DNA of 64,000 nt from Basidiobolus meristosporus CBS 931.73. Its lineage: Eukaryota > Fungi > Basidiobolomycota. Position numbers and translations under genes: made by a program. Location of the stretch: contig MCFE01000435.1 of NCBI GenBank assembly GCA_002104905.1, forward strand, positions 11,608 through 75,607, written 5' to 3'. The notes under the pieces are model-generated. The model made no database searches. It worked only from the letters and a program-made list of their open reading frames with translations, and had not been told where the DNA came from. Shown here piece by piece: positions 15,039 through 27,726 of the stretch (position 1 is the first letter of the stretch; every line of letters begins with the position of its first letter).

Positions 15039-17116
15039 TTGCAGCCAGAAAATAAAGCAAAATTGTCCGGTTCTCAACCTAACCCCACCGCTGATGGCAA
15101 CAGAAGAACGGTTGGACAACAGCTTGCTTTGACGTTCAGTGCAACAAGTGGGGCTACATCCAAAGAAGGCTCTGTGGACAGTGTGCCCATTGAAGGTAAT
15201 AATGTGGACTCCTCAGGCTCTCAGTCAAGTAGGCAGTTGAGAACCTCTGCAGTGCCACAAGCTGACCATTATACTCAGGCAGGTGAGAATGTAGCATACA
15301 CAGTACCCTCAGTTGAAGATCAGCAAGTGGCCATGATAGCATCACCACCACCCATATTAGCAAGTATGTTGTTAGCTCATACCAAAGCATTAACAAAGCA
15401 ATTAGGTGCAGAGGCTAATAGGACAAATGCAATGACCCAGAGAAATCAGGAAATAGTCCAGAAACAGGATGAGCAGATAATACATGTAGAGTAATCAGTA
15501 TCCGAGGTAGAGAAAGCAGTATCTTTGCAGCAAAGAAGGAACTCAAGTAGCTCAGCATCACAGCCTAGAATTGAGCCATTTTGTGATGTAACAGCAGAGG
15601 AACACCAAACACTCTTGGAATCACAACAACAGTGCCCAAAGATTAAGCCCACAGAAAAACCTATCACAATGTGGGAGGGAGACAATGTGGTGTTTATACC
15701 AAGGCCTAAAAGTCAAAAGACATTAAAGATCTATGAAGTTGATGAGTGCAATAATGAAGAGTGAGCTAATATACAAGAGGCTGTCAGAAGTTGAGCATGC
15801 CATCACCTTAAGGCTGGCATACCATTGGACCATCAGGAACTCAAGGTCAAGCAGAATGCGCTGACTTGTTGCATGAGCATTATCCTGGATTCAAACAGGC
15901 AAACCAATTGTGGGCCAGCATTGGTATGCTAAGAAAGTATCTTAAGAATAGCAGAAACTATTAAAGGTAGACAGACAAGGGTGCCATGGCTAAAGTCCAG
16001 TGGCTTCCTCAACAGCTTGTAATAAGCAGGGCCAAAGGCTCCAGACAAGCGTCAAAGAGACATCAGGCAGCTGGAAGAGTGCCAATTAGGTACAAGCAGG
16101 CAGACACAGATGCACCAGCATAACATTTATCAAGGAAAAAGTGCAGTACCACTCAAGAAGCACCCAGTCACAGTAGCAGTGAAGGATCTGGCCATGATAA
16201 AAACCAGCCGCTTTTACAGGACCCTGTCACAACTACGGTTGAGAGCTCAGAACAAGCGGAAAAGAAACATCAGGTTGCCAGAAGAGTGCAGCAAGGGACA
16301 AGCAAGCCAAAACAAATGTGTCAGAGCAGAACTTATCCAGGAGAAAATGTAGTTCTTTACAAGAGGCACTCAGATAAAGTAGCAGTGAAAGACCTGGCAG
16401 TGATAAAGGAAAAGATAGAGGGAAAAATGTCTACCCAAGCCTGAGACAGGGAGGCATGTAAAGAAAACTGCAGTTCTTGCCAATTAATACTGCAAGCCAG
16501 ACACATACTGAATCCCATCATAGCCAAGAAGAATATACCAACAAGAAAACAGCTGTTTTCACAAGAGTTGGAAGCACAGCCAGTTGAGCTACACTCCAGC
16601 AAGGTAGATGAGTTTGCCGAGAAAGGTAATTTGTCTACCACAGCCTCCACAGCCTCCACAGCCTCCGTTGTTGACAGAGTGGAGATCCCACTGACAGACA
16701 AGGCTACAACATCAAGAGCTCAAAAGACTATCACAATTCCTTCAGTGGAATTTTGGAGCATTTATAGGCACACCAAGAGGTTGCAGCACTTCTTCAAGAG
16801 CAGTGCTGAAGAAAATGCACTGGAATATTGCAAGGACTTATTGCAAAGATTGATGGATAAGGAGCTAGACCTTGCAGTGCTGGCTGAAGACCAGGACATG
16901 TGGGAACCAGTGAATGAACGGTGGCATAAAGCCATTGGGTTCCCGCCAAAGTTGGGGAACCAGAGTGGTTCAGCAGAAATACATATTGAGTGGTGGATTT
17001 CAATGGAGTTACTTGTTGAGTGTGGGGTTGGGCTTAATATTAGTGTAGGGTATAGAGAGTTGTATAGGTCAATACAATTGGCAGTTGAGGCACAACTGAA
17101 GTTTCAACAGAAATAA
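15039..17116 (+). pseudogene. Accessory ORF of the CACTA-like element (unknown function), disrupted
   Basis: ORFs 15039..15494, 15525..15764 and 16568..17116 have homologs at the same position in the other copies (4236..6212, 10057..10278, 9..218). Confidence 0.6.
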
Positions 17117-20100
17117 ATTGATAAATATGTACACATGAAAAGTAAGAGAAACAGTTGAGTTAGGAAGCCAGGAGTATAAAAAGAGGCAATAGCCAATCAA
17201 TTCCCACAAATGTAGGAGGCATTAGAGTGTCCAGGATCAGAAAGTGAGCAAATTGGCAGGGAACCAATCAAAAGCAACTTATACATCATTGTGATGAAAA
17301 ATTTTGAGTAAGTTTTTTGTGAAATCTGATGTGCATTTATTTTTCAACTGTCTCTGGACAGTGTCCCAAAAAGATCATTACCTCTTAGTCATGGGACTTT
17401 AACTTTGTGATGGCCTTTTGATGGGATCATCTCAATAATTTTTCATAGGGATGTCCATTGCTGGATGAATTTTGTATGCTTTCCAGCAGGATAACAGTAT
17501 ATGGTTGTCATGTAACAGCACATATTATTATCTACATTGGAGATACCCCAGCCTTCAGCAAGATAGCTGGCTTTTCTGAGCACAATGGACCGTATTGCTG
17601 TCAAATGTGTGAGATCCAGGAGATTTATGCTGTAACTCACACACAATATTTTTACCCAAACACCAACACTAAGAATATCATCATTTCACCAAGAGAATGT
17701 ACAGAAGTCAGCATGCAAATGCAGCAAAGTTGGCAAGCAATAAGCCATTGGCCAGAATATGAAATGAATAGGAAACTTGAGATACTTAAAATAGAGGGTA
17801 TCTGTTAGAGCAAAAGCTTTCCACTGGGAGCAAAGTACTTCTTGCGGACTGCACTCAGTATTAATATGACTATGCAACAATACAAATGCAAAGACTGGTT
17901 GAACTGGATATGTATTAATTCAAGTGGTGTTCTGAAGCCATTCCTACCAAGAGTACATTTGAAGCATTGGGAATTGTATATGAACAAAGTGGCAATATTT
18001 ATCTAGAAACAGAAAACCAATGCCAACCTGATGGACATTGTAGGAAAATTTATCCAGAAGTGGATCACCAATGCAGTGGGTAAGCAAATAAAGAGGGGTA
18101 AGGCTATTGTTGAATATATGAATTGCACAATGGGAGGTAGAAAAAGGAAATACCACTTGGTAAACTGGTACGGTAGTATTATGCAGAACTAGCTGTTGGC
18201 AGCCATACTGCTGGTATAATGCCATCTGAGTCTTGCTGTGAGGCCATTGAAATACCATCATACTTTTTGCCATATAAGGCAATTGGATATCCTGGCCAGT
18301 TGGATCTATTTAAAATAGTTGTAGAGCACATTAAGACCACTGTAATTCCATGCAATTATTGTTACAGCACCAAGCAAACCCCACCAAGTTTTAAAAATGT
18401 ATTAGGCAGTAAAATTAGCAAAATGCTGTTGTGATTCATCATAAGATTGTCAAGAGGGTGACTAATCCCAAGCTATTGGTATTAAGACATTCTCCAAACA
18501 GGATCCTGACAACTTATCTGGGTCAGATCCACCTGTGGGACCAAACTATTCTTCATAGGGAGCTCTAGGGGTCTTAAGCCATAGTGGAGAGAAAAACTGG
18601 TGAAAGTAATAATAAAGGTGCTCTGACAATGGTGAAGAATATACCTAAAAGCTCTTCACCCACTTCTGCAAAATATATGGGATAAAGTGAGTGACTACAG
18701 CACAATACTTTCTACAGCAAAATGGAGTGTCAGAATATGCAAACAGATCAATAATGATATGGCAAGATTCATGATCCCTGATCAAAAAGTATCCTATGAT
18801 ATTTGGCATAATCAGTTACCACAGCTGCATACCTTAAAGATTGAGGTTATAACAGAATACTTTGTTATTCTGCTCCATTTGAGGCATGGTATGAATATGT
18901 AACAAGTGCAGAACATATAGGAAGATTTTGGTGTGCAGCATATGCCAAGAATCTGCCTGGAAATCAGTCAAGTTTAGAGCTAAAAAGCGTAGTATGCACA
19001 TTCTTGGGCTGCTGCAATGCAAGAAAAACAGGTAGACTCTACAATTCCAAAGCAAGAAGCTGATCAAGCCAGGGATTTGCTGTTTGCTGAATATTTGTAA
19101 TTTTTGCATAAGATGACATCAGATGATTACAAAAATCTGATCTCAGGTCAACCAACTGTCAGGATTGAACCAGAGCAAAACAATGAAAATCTGTTAACTC
19201 CAGAGGACTCCACAGCCATGGTTAAGCCTGAAGAAACAGCCTAAATTACAATATCAATGAGGGTAAAAACTTAGCCTATGTCTATTCAATCTTTATTGAT
19301 GAGCCCCAGACTGTAGAAGATGCCCTAAATAGCCCTTAGACAAAGTTTTGGAGATCTTCAGTGACTGAGGAGTGTCAGGCCCTAATGGAAGTCAAACCTG
19401 GGATGTAGTCAAATTACATACCAACTGAAAATGAATAGGATGCGGATGGGCCTTCAAGACAAATACAAGGCTGATGGGACAGTTGCAAGATATAAAGTAC
19501 AACTTGTAACCTAAGAATACTTGCAAACAGAAGGACTGGCTTAAGCTGAAACCTTTGTACCAGTAGCCAGTTTTAATTTCATCAGACTAGCTTTGGATGT
19601 TACAACCAAGTTTTTCATTTATCCAATGGATGTCAAAACTGCATTTTTGAATGGAGAAACTGATGAGGATGGGCCTATGCACCATTCTGATGTCCTTACT
19701 GATCAAGATGACCCCTGTCCTGTCTGCAAGCTTGAAAAATCTCTATGCAGTCTCAAACAGGTACCAAGAGCATGGAGTTGCATGATTGACTCTTATTTGG
19801 AATCTTTCAGTTTCCAAAGAAGTACTGTGGAGTACAGTATCTACTCTAAGCCACATACAGCAAATCCAGCTCTATTAGCACTTTATGCAGCTCAAAATGT
19901 CTGATCTAGGATAGCTCAGTTCCTACTTAGGGATACTGCTCTCCATAAACAGAAATACCAAATGGATTAATGTAGCCCAGCAACTATCCCAATGGAGACA
20001 CACCTCAGCTTGGTCAAAACTCAACCAAGTCAAGAGAGTTTGGTGCCACCTGAGAGCCCAGAGCTCCTTTACCAGTCAGTGATCAGCAATCTGATGTATA

Positions 20101-20123
20101 GAATGCTTAGAACATGTCCAGAT

Positions 20124-20998
20124 TGTTGTAAAAGTTTGTAATTCCACCTAAATACTCACCTAACTTGGTCACTTAGATCATTACCTTCAAATCCTAGAGA
20201 ATACTGACCAAAATCCTTGTTGGGATTTACTTAGAGTATTTTCACCAAAGTTTCAGGTACCCAGAACACAAAAATTAGAAATGTTGTTCAAACAGCCCCA
20301 AACTTTGCACACATGTTCTTAGGACCTTCCTAAACCTATTCTATGTGCTTGCTATGCCGATGTTATGAATAGACACAAGGCAGGAGGAAAAGCTAGGCAC
20401 GGCAGGAAAGGACTTAGGTGTGGACCATCAAGGCAAGGCAGGATTCAAGGTAAGGCTGTTTATTCAAGACCTGTGTTTACCAGACTGAGGAATACTTAAG
20501 GGGGGATAGGACTATATATACTTTTTGATTATACTGATGCCAAGAGATATTGGCTAATACTAATGGGGTTGAGGGGTGAGGCACAGCAATGTGCTGGGGA
20601 TAATAATATAGAAGGCAAGGCACTGAGACAGGATGGAGAAATGGATTGGGTCACCTGATAATGTGACTAAGTCATGTGACCTGGTATTTCCATATATGGT
20701 ACTGGACTATGAAAAATACAAAGGGAAGCTTCCATGGAACGTTCCATTGTGTAACAAGGGTTTGGAATGGCCAGGAACTTTCTGGAAGGTGGTAGAAGGT
20801 TCTAGAAGGAATCTCTTAGAAATTGTGCTAGGAAGCTGAAACTTGGCATGGGTGTTCATGGTTGTAATGTGATCATGACTGCCAAGACCATGTAAAAGTA
20901 TATCTACTACTTTTACATTCAATAGATAATTAAGTGAAAACCACAAAATCTACTTGTTCCCCAAGGTTACTTCCAATATGTTCAAGACTCGTACAACA
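20124..20998 (+). mobile_element. LTR-A solo LTR inserted in the copia RT, itself interrupted
   Basis: TGTTG...CAACA with perfect TSD CAGAT (20119-20123 and 20999-21003). Confidence 0.9.
20361..20880 (+). mobile_element. Solo LTR of a second family (LTR-B, 520 bp)
   Basis: TGTTATG...CATGAC(T) with TSD GCCGA/GCCAA. A reverse-strand copy lies at 58554-59025. Confidence 0.8.
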
Positions 20999-21120
20999 CA
21001 GATATCTCATATTCTGTGTGAGTTTTCAGTCAGCAGATATGAATCTATGGATTGGGTAATACTGCCACAGCTAAGCTGCTTTTTAGATACCTGAAAGGTA
21101 CTGCTGATATCTGTTCAAGG

Positions 21121-24100
21121 TGTTGTAAGAGTCTTGGAGATATTGGAAGTGATTGGGAGTACAAGTAGATTATGTGGTTTCACTTAATGATCTATTGAAT
21201 GTAAAAGTAGTATTTTTACTTTTACATGATCTAGGCATAAACACCATGAAGAATAGGTTTAAGAAGGTCCCAAGAACATGTGTCTAAAGTTTGGAGCTGT
21301 TTGAGCAACCTATCCAATATTTATGTTCTGGATACCTGATATTTTAGTGAAAATATTCTAAGTAAATCCCAACAAGGATTTTGGTCAGTATTCTCTAGGA
21401 TTTGGAGGTAATGATCTAAGTGACCATGTTTGGTCAATATTTAGGTGGAATTACAAGCTTTTACAACACTCCCACTCAACTAAATGCACTTACTTGCTAG
21501 TCCCAATTTTGACCTAAGATATTCCAACTTGTCTCTAGCTAATGGTTTAGTAAATATGTCTACAGTCATTTTATCTATATGACAGTAAGCTAACTTAACT
21601 AAGTTATGTTCTATAACTTGACATATGAAAAGATGTCTAATATCTATGTGCTTAGTTCTAGTATAAAAGGTTGGATTTTTACTTAATTGTATACATCCTT
21701 GATTATCTTGAAATAATGTAATAGGTGTTTTTTGACATAAGCCTAGATCTTTAAAAAGCTTCCTTAACCACATTGCTTCTTTTGCTACTTAACAGACTGC
21801 CATATACTCTGCCTCTCTGGTAGAAAGTGCTATGGTTGGTTGCTTTCTCAATTTCATGAAATTTCTCCTTCACAGTAAAGAAAGGTGTATCCTATGGTGG
21901 ATCCTATGTCCTCATATTTCATCCCCAATCAGCATCAGGGTATCCCACAAGATTCTGTTCTGAATCATTATAGGTGTATCTTAAGCAGATATCAGCAGTT
22001 CCTTTTAGGTATCTAAAGATATACTCTACTGCTGCAATATGATCAGATCCATAGTTCTGATTATGCTGGGTACAACCCTCACTGAATATGAGATATCTGG
22101 ATGTTCTCCAAGAGTGCTATACTTCAGACTGCCAATCATGGGCTAATAAGGAAAGCCAGGGCTTTCAGATGGCACCAAGCTATCTTGATTTGGTTGAGTT
22201 TTGACCAAGTCAAGGTTTGTCTCCAATGGGATAGCTGCCAGTTTACAGCCTTCCATATGGCACTTCTTCAGTATGTCTTGAATATACTTGGATTGGATTA
22301 GGGGGATATTCTGGGCACTCCTGTTTATGGAGAACTTTATCTCTAAGTAGTAACCAAGTTCTCCTAGATTGGACAAATTTAACTCTTTTGATAGGCTGGA
22401 TTTAGTCTCTTCCAATGTCTTGAGGTTATTGGTGGCTATAATAAGATACTCCACATATAGAGCTAATAGAACTGGATTTGCTCTATCTGGCTTATAGTAA
22501 ATACTATAGTCAGCATTACTACTTCTCAAACTCAAAGATTCCAAATAAAAATCTATTTACAATTGCAGGCACATGGCAATTGTTTGAATCCATATAGTGA
22601 CTTTTTCAGCTTGTAGACCAAATGGGGGTTATCTTGGTCAACAAACCCATCTGGCTGGTTCATATACATGTCCTCATCAAGTTCTCCATTCAAGAATGTA
22701 GCTTTTGCATCCATTTGATGAACAAAAATTTATACTTGGCTGCAATAGCCAATATTAATCTGATGGAATTAAACTTGGCTACCAGTGCAATGGTCTCAGT
22801 ATAGTCAAGTCCATTTGTTTGAAAGTATCCTTTGGCCACAAGTCTTCCTTTGTATCCTTCAATTGTGCCATCAGCCTTGTATCTTGTCTTAAAGACCGAT
22901 CTGCATCCAATTGATTTTTTGTTAATTAGTAATTTGAATAAGTCCTAAGTTTGATTTTCCATTAGGGCCTCATATTCCTCAGTCATTACAAATCTGCAAA
23001 ACCTTGTCTGAAGGCTATTTAGGGCCTCTTTTATAATCTGGGGTTCATCAATATGAACTGAATGGGCATAGGCTAAGTTTTTACCCTCTTTGATACAGAA
23101 ATTGAGTCTATTTTTTGTTCAGTTGGATCTCCAGGCATTTGATACTGGAATGATCACTTCTGGGATATTACTGGGCACTGCTTCAGGCTGAGCCATGGTT
23201 GCAGAGTCCTCTGGTGTGAAAAGATTTTCATTGTTTTGCTCTGATTTAATTCTGAGAATTGGTGGACTTGATATCAGATTTTTGTCATCATTGGAGGTCA
23301 TTTTTTGTGAAAATTTAAATTTTCATCAAACAACACATCTCTGAACTTGCTCAACTTTGTTGCTTTGGTGTTGTAGAGTCTGTATGCTTTGCTTGCATTG
23401 CAGTAACCCAAAAATATTCATTTTACACTTTTTAGCCCAAATTTTGACTGATTTCCAGGCATAAACTATATACCCAAATATTCTTAGATGTTCTACACTG
23501 GGTCTGTATCCAAACCATGCCTCAGATGAAGTAGAATCACATAGTATTCTGTTAAAATGCCTATTTTTAAGGTATACAGCTGTGGCAACTGATTCCACCC
23601 AAAATCATGGGATAAATTTTGCATAGGTCCACACAGATCTGAGTGAGTTAGATCTAATTTTTTCTTAGTTTTGATTAACCCAGAGCTCTTAAACAGTTAT
23701 CTGGCTTGTTTACCATATATGCAGGCTTCATGGTGCTCCAAATTAACAGGGGGATCAGTTTTTACTCCAGGAATTTGCTGATCTTTGATCATTTTGTGCA
23801 AATAATGAAAATTGATGTGTCCAAATCTCCTGTGACAAAGCATTAGTGTTTCTTCATTTAAAGTTACTTATATTGGCTTCCAGATATGATGGAATACAAG
23901 TCAACATATACAGATTCTGATCTCTAATACCCAAAGCAATATGAGGACCATTTTGACTAGTGATCCTGAATCCAAAATTGTCAAAGCAGTGACTAAGTCC
24001 TACTGCTGTGGCCTTGCTTACAGATAGTAGGTTCTTGGCTATTTCTGGTACATAGAGTACCTCTTGGAAGTCAGTGTATGGCTTCCTTTGCTGCCTCTAA

Positions 24101-25455
24101 GATTTACCTCATTAGTTCCTTCTCCCATTGCATCAAGCTTTCTATTGACACCCATGAAAACCTTCTTAACTGGAATTTCTTGATATTAGGTAAAAAGTTC
24201 TTTTTGGTGTGTAAAGTATTGAAATGCTCCAGAGTCAAAATACCCTGTTTGAGAATCCTTGTTTGTGGTCATATTTAATGTAGATTCAAATAGTCTAACT
24301 TCAGTAGTTGCAGCACTTCCTTATTCAGGCTTTTTCTGCTGACTATCTCTCTTCTTGAAGCTCCAGTCTGATGAGTGTTCCTTCCTTTTGCAGTAATTGC
24401 AAAACAGGTTGCTTGTGCCTTTAAAAGGTGTTGAGTATCTCCTTCATGGTTATCATTGCTTATTAAAGCATTTTTGTCTTCCTTCTCATTGGCACTTGAC
24501 TTTCTTAAATCTTCATCCACAAGCCTTCCACATATGTAATTTGAGGTCAAATCTTCAGTTCTGGACTCTAGAGCTGATACAAGGCCCTGAAGCTTGTCTA
24601 GTCAGGCTATGCAGAATGGGTATCTATCACATCCTCATCAGTAGCAGGTACACCTGCAGATTTCATCTCTTCCACCAGCTGGGTAATTCTCTTAATTAGG
24701 ATTTTTCATTTGTTCTCCTGGCAGCATTTTCCAGTTAAGATTTTTGTCTAAGATACATTTTCTTGGCAGCTGAACATGCCTGGTAGGTGTCTTCCAATGT
24801 CTTCCCATCATGCTTTGCTGTTTTTGCTCTTGAGCATTGAATTAGTAATTTGTCTTGACATTGAGGCAAATGCAGTTAAAGGCACTTTGTTCTTTCTTCT
24901 GGTACTTTAAAAATTTCTCTCCCACAGTTTTAGGAGGGACTTCCTCTCACTTGACAATATCCCTGAGGCTTCTTTCTTTTAGCAGCGTCTTCACCTTCAC
25001 CTTCCACACTTAATAGTTAGATCCATCCAACTTTTCAGCAGAGGGAAAAATTGCAGTAATAGCAGTAGTAGACATTGCAGAGAGTGACAGCTTGGGGCTC
25101 ATAACCTGTTGTAAGAGTCTTGGAGATATTGGAAGTGATTTGGAGAACAAGTAGATTATGTGGTTTTCACTTAATGATTTATTGAATGTAAAAGTAGTAT
25201 TTATACTTTTACCTGGTCTTGGCATTACAAACATATAGAATAGATTAAGGAAGGTCCCAAGAACATGTGTGCAGAGTTTGGGGCTGTTTGGACAACTCTG
25301 AGAATTTTCATGTTCTGGGTACCTGGCATTTTGGTGAAAATACTCTAAGTAAATCCCGACAAGGAATTTGGTCAGTATTCTCTAGGATTTGAAGGTGATG
25401 ATCTAAGTGACTAAGTTAGGTGAATATTTAGGTGGAAATACGAATTTTTACAATA
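21121..25455 (-). mobile_element. Two-LTR Ty1/copia element, degenerate (about 4.3 kb)
   Basis: LTRs at 25107-25455 and 21121-21468. PBS GGTTATGAGCCC (25095-25106) and PPT AGTTGAGTGGGAG (21469-21481). Gag start AEKLDGSNY; RNase H TKHIDIRH...DIFTKPL (21480..21773). Confidence 0.9.
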
Positions 25456-26265
25456 TTAGGGACAAAATATAGAAGACAGATGATCCACCACAGGATACAC
25501 CTTTTTTACTGTGAAGGAGCAATTTCCTGGAGCATGAGAAAGCAACCAACTGTTACACTTTCCACTATAGAGGCAGAGTGCATAGCAGTCTGTGAAGCCA
25601 CAAGAGAAGCAATGTGGTTAAGAGAGCTTTTCAAAAGCCAAGGCTTATGTCAAAAAATGCCTATCACTTAACTTCAAGATAACCAAGGATATATACAATT
25701 GGATAGATACCCAGCTTTTCATGCTAGAACTAAGCACATAGACATTAGAGATTGTTTCATACAAGAAGCTATTGGGAATAACCATGTTTGCCTGTCTTGC
25801 TGTCCTACAGATGAAATGATTGCAGACATATTTACCAAACCATTAGCTAGAGACAAATCTGAATATCTTATGGCAAAATTAGGAATAGTCAGTGTGGGCA
25901 TTTAGTTGAGCAGGAGTGTTGTAAAAACTTGAAATTCCACCTAAATGTGCACCTAAATTGGTCACTTGGATCATTCCCTACAAATCCTGAAGAACACTGA
26001 CCCAATTCCATGTTGGGATTTACTTGGAATATTTTCAATAAAACATTATGTACCCAGAACATGAAAATTATGTAACTTGTCCAATCAGCCCCAAATGTTT
26101 CCCGCATGCTCTTAGGACCTTCCTGAGCATATTCTACGCGTTTTTTAGGCCAAGATCATGTAAGAGTACAAATACCACTTTTACATTCAATAAATCATTG
26201 AGTGAAAACCCCATAATCTACTTGTTCTCCCAATCGCTTCCAATATCTCCAGGACTCTTACAACA

Positions 26266-26521
26266 ATTTCTAGTTTGTCAAAATGATAGCTCTCAATATC
26301 TCAGGTACTGGCTGTTGAGCACACCAGCAGATGTATTTTCCTGGAGGAGACTAGGCCAACTTGCAATCAGGCCAAACTTGGTAATCACCACTTCTGCCAA
26401 AAAATGCAACCGAAAATTTGAGGAAAAAACACCAGCTAGATACCAGTAAGATACCGCTGAAATGCCAGCGAAATACCAGCTGAAGATCAGATGGATTCCA
26501 AGTTTGAGATTCTCCATAGGG
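26266..26521. mobile_element. Non-autonomous CATAGGG-terminated element (MITE-C), truncated by the copia LTR
   Basis: Homologous to 34413-34733 and 55943-56230. Ends CTCCATAGGG. Confidence 0.6.
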
Positions 26522-26595
26522 AAAAGGAGTATAGTCCTGCCCTGAATATTTTAGGCAATAATGCGCAAAAATACCAGCTAATGTATCCTACCACA

Positions 26596-26673
26596 GGCAT
26601 GATGGTAGAAATTATTTTGCCACATGGCGCCATAGAGTGCTGGATCAATCTACTATCCAATGGAACAAGTCTA
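26596..26673. mobile_element. Terminal fragment of the TAGACTTG-family element
   Basis: Ends CTATCCAATGGAACAAGTCTA and is the reverse complement of 582-690 with a small deletion. Confidence 0.65.
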
Positions 26674-27293
26674 TGGTATCGCCAACTGAGAAGCAGCTAC
26701 AAATAGGATGCCAAGTACGGTTAGTGCATAGGGGCATGAGAGGGCTCACCTTAAAAAGGCGAATAAACTATATGTGCATCAATGCGGAACAATTCGGATG
26801 GTGAATATCGAGTAAGGACTTCACACAACCCTTTTCTTGGATGATCTTGATTTGCCAGAATCCGTATTCCCTCAAAAGACCCACAACACCGCTTCCTGGG
26901 ACATGTCTAAAAATACCTCACGTCTGGACTTAGCAAAGAAGACAAACAAGCACTGACTTGTATGGTACGTATGTAACCGTAAAAAGGAGAACGGAAGGCC
27001 GGTGACGTCATCGACACTGGACACGTTTGCCATTTGAATCGAAGCCGAAGAGAACGGAGAATCGCTGCTTCAACGCAGAATGATTTGGATGATTTTGAAA
27101 ACGATGTGGAGTAACTAACAAACAAATCCAGGATCCAGCGGGCGATTGGCTGCAATGGCATGTGATGTTCGAGCAACAATTCATCGCGGATTCCCCGAAA
27201 TATCCCTGGTTGGTGCGTTACAGAATGGGATCTCCTCATTGGCGCCACCACGGATCGTCAAATCGGGCTGTTGTGTCATATCGGCATTCAAAA

Positions 27294-27347
27294 CAAACAG
27301 CCATTCATGACATTTGTATTCAAACAGCCATTCATGACATTTGTATT
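27294..27347. repeat. Tandem duplication, 2 x 27 bp
   Basis: CAAACAGCCATTCATGACATTTGTATT occurs twice in a row. Confidence 0.9.
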
Positions 27348-27726
27348 TTTAGCTCACCGATCTAGAGAATTGGAGAACAGTTTCTATGGATTAAGGTGCC
27401 TGGCAACCATCCAAACCCCCCAGAAATGGCGGTCGAAGTGCCACATGTGCCTAACCTGGCTCAAGAGAATGTTCATCGAACCGATTAGTAATCCTGTGGT
27501 TCAAATATCTTCCCTCTCAGAAGTGACGTAGTTGAGTGCCTCGGGCAAGCATAATCCCATTTGTGTTGCTTCACGATAGCGAGCAGTAAGCGGGATGGCC
27601 GAAGACGTTCTTTCCTTCTGCCATAGGGCAAGTGCATAGTATTCTTAGATAGAAGATCCGATGGGTTTTGCCCCTATATAAGCACAGTCGCTGGTACTGC
27701 ACAATGCATTAACAATCAACGCAATC

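Larger units (their letters stand above)
11981..17450. mobile_element. Complete 5.47-kb CACTA-like element with CCC termini
   Basis: TIR CCCTATGAAAAATAATT / AATAATTTTTCATAGGG. Flanks ATA/ATG suggest a 3-bp TSD with one mismatch. Inserted in the Tnp2 gene of an oppositely oriented copy. Confidence 0.85.
547..18560. mobile_element. Host CACTA-like element in reverse orientation, split by nested insertions
   Basis: TIR TTCATAGGG ends at 18560. Tnp2 remnants on + at about 10875-11980 and 17451-18280 (LALDGFSLNKYS...GPKSPSNL / LDEFCMLSS...GDTPAFSKIAGF) join across the 11981-17450 insertion. Accessory ORF on - (10057..10278 MPPKHKAK...GPVD) continues at 547-581 (VPTEGNKADSS-like). Confidence 0.7.
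18561..26265 (+). mobile_element. 5'-truncated Ty1/copia element (integrase C-terminus, RT, RNase H, 3' LTR 25917-26265)
   Basis: MDVKTAFLNG at about 19625, TCPDISY split at about 20120/21000, KQPTVTLSTIEAE, TKHIDIR and ADIFTKPL. PPT AGTTGAGCAGGAG directly precedes the TGTTG LTR start at 25917. Confidence 0.85.

Noticed and set aside
10616-26449. Recurrent small ORFs such as MLGFTWNIFTKIPG... and ...TFTFNKSLSENH...
   Set aside because: Translations of the non-coding copia LTR-A.
1-26700. Classical Neurospora-type RIP
   Set aside because: CpA and TpG are abundant and CpG is what is lost; no TpA enrichment is evident by eye.
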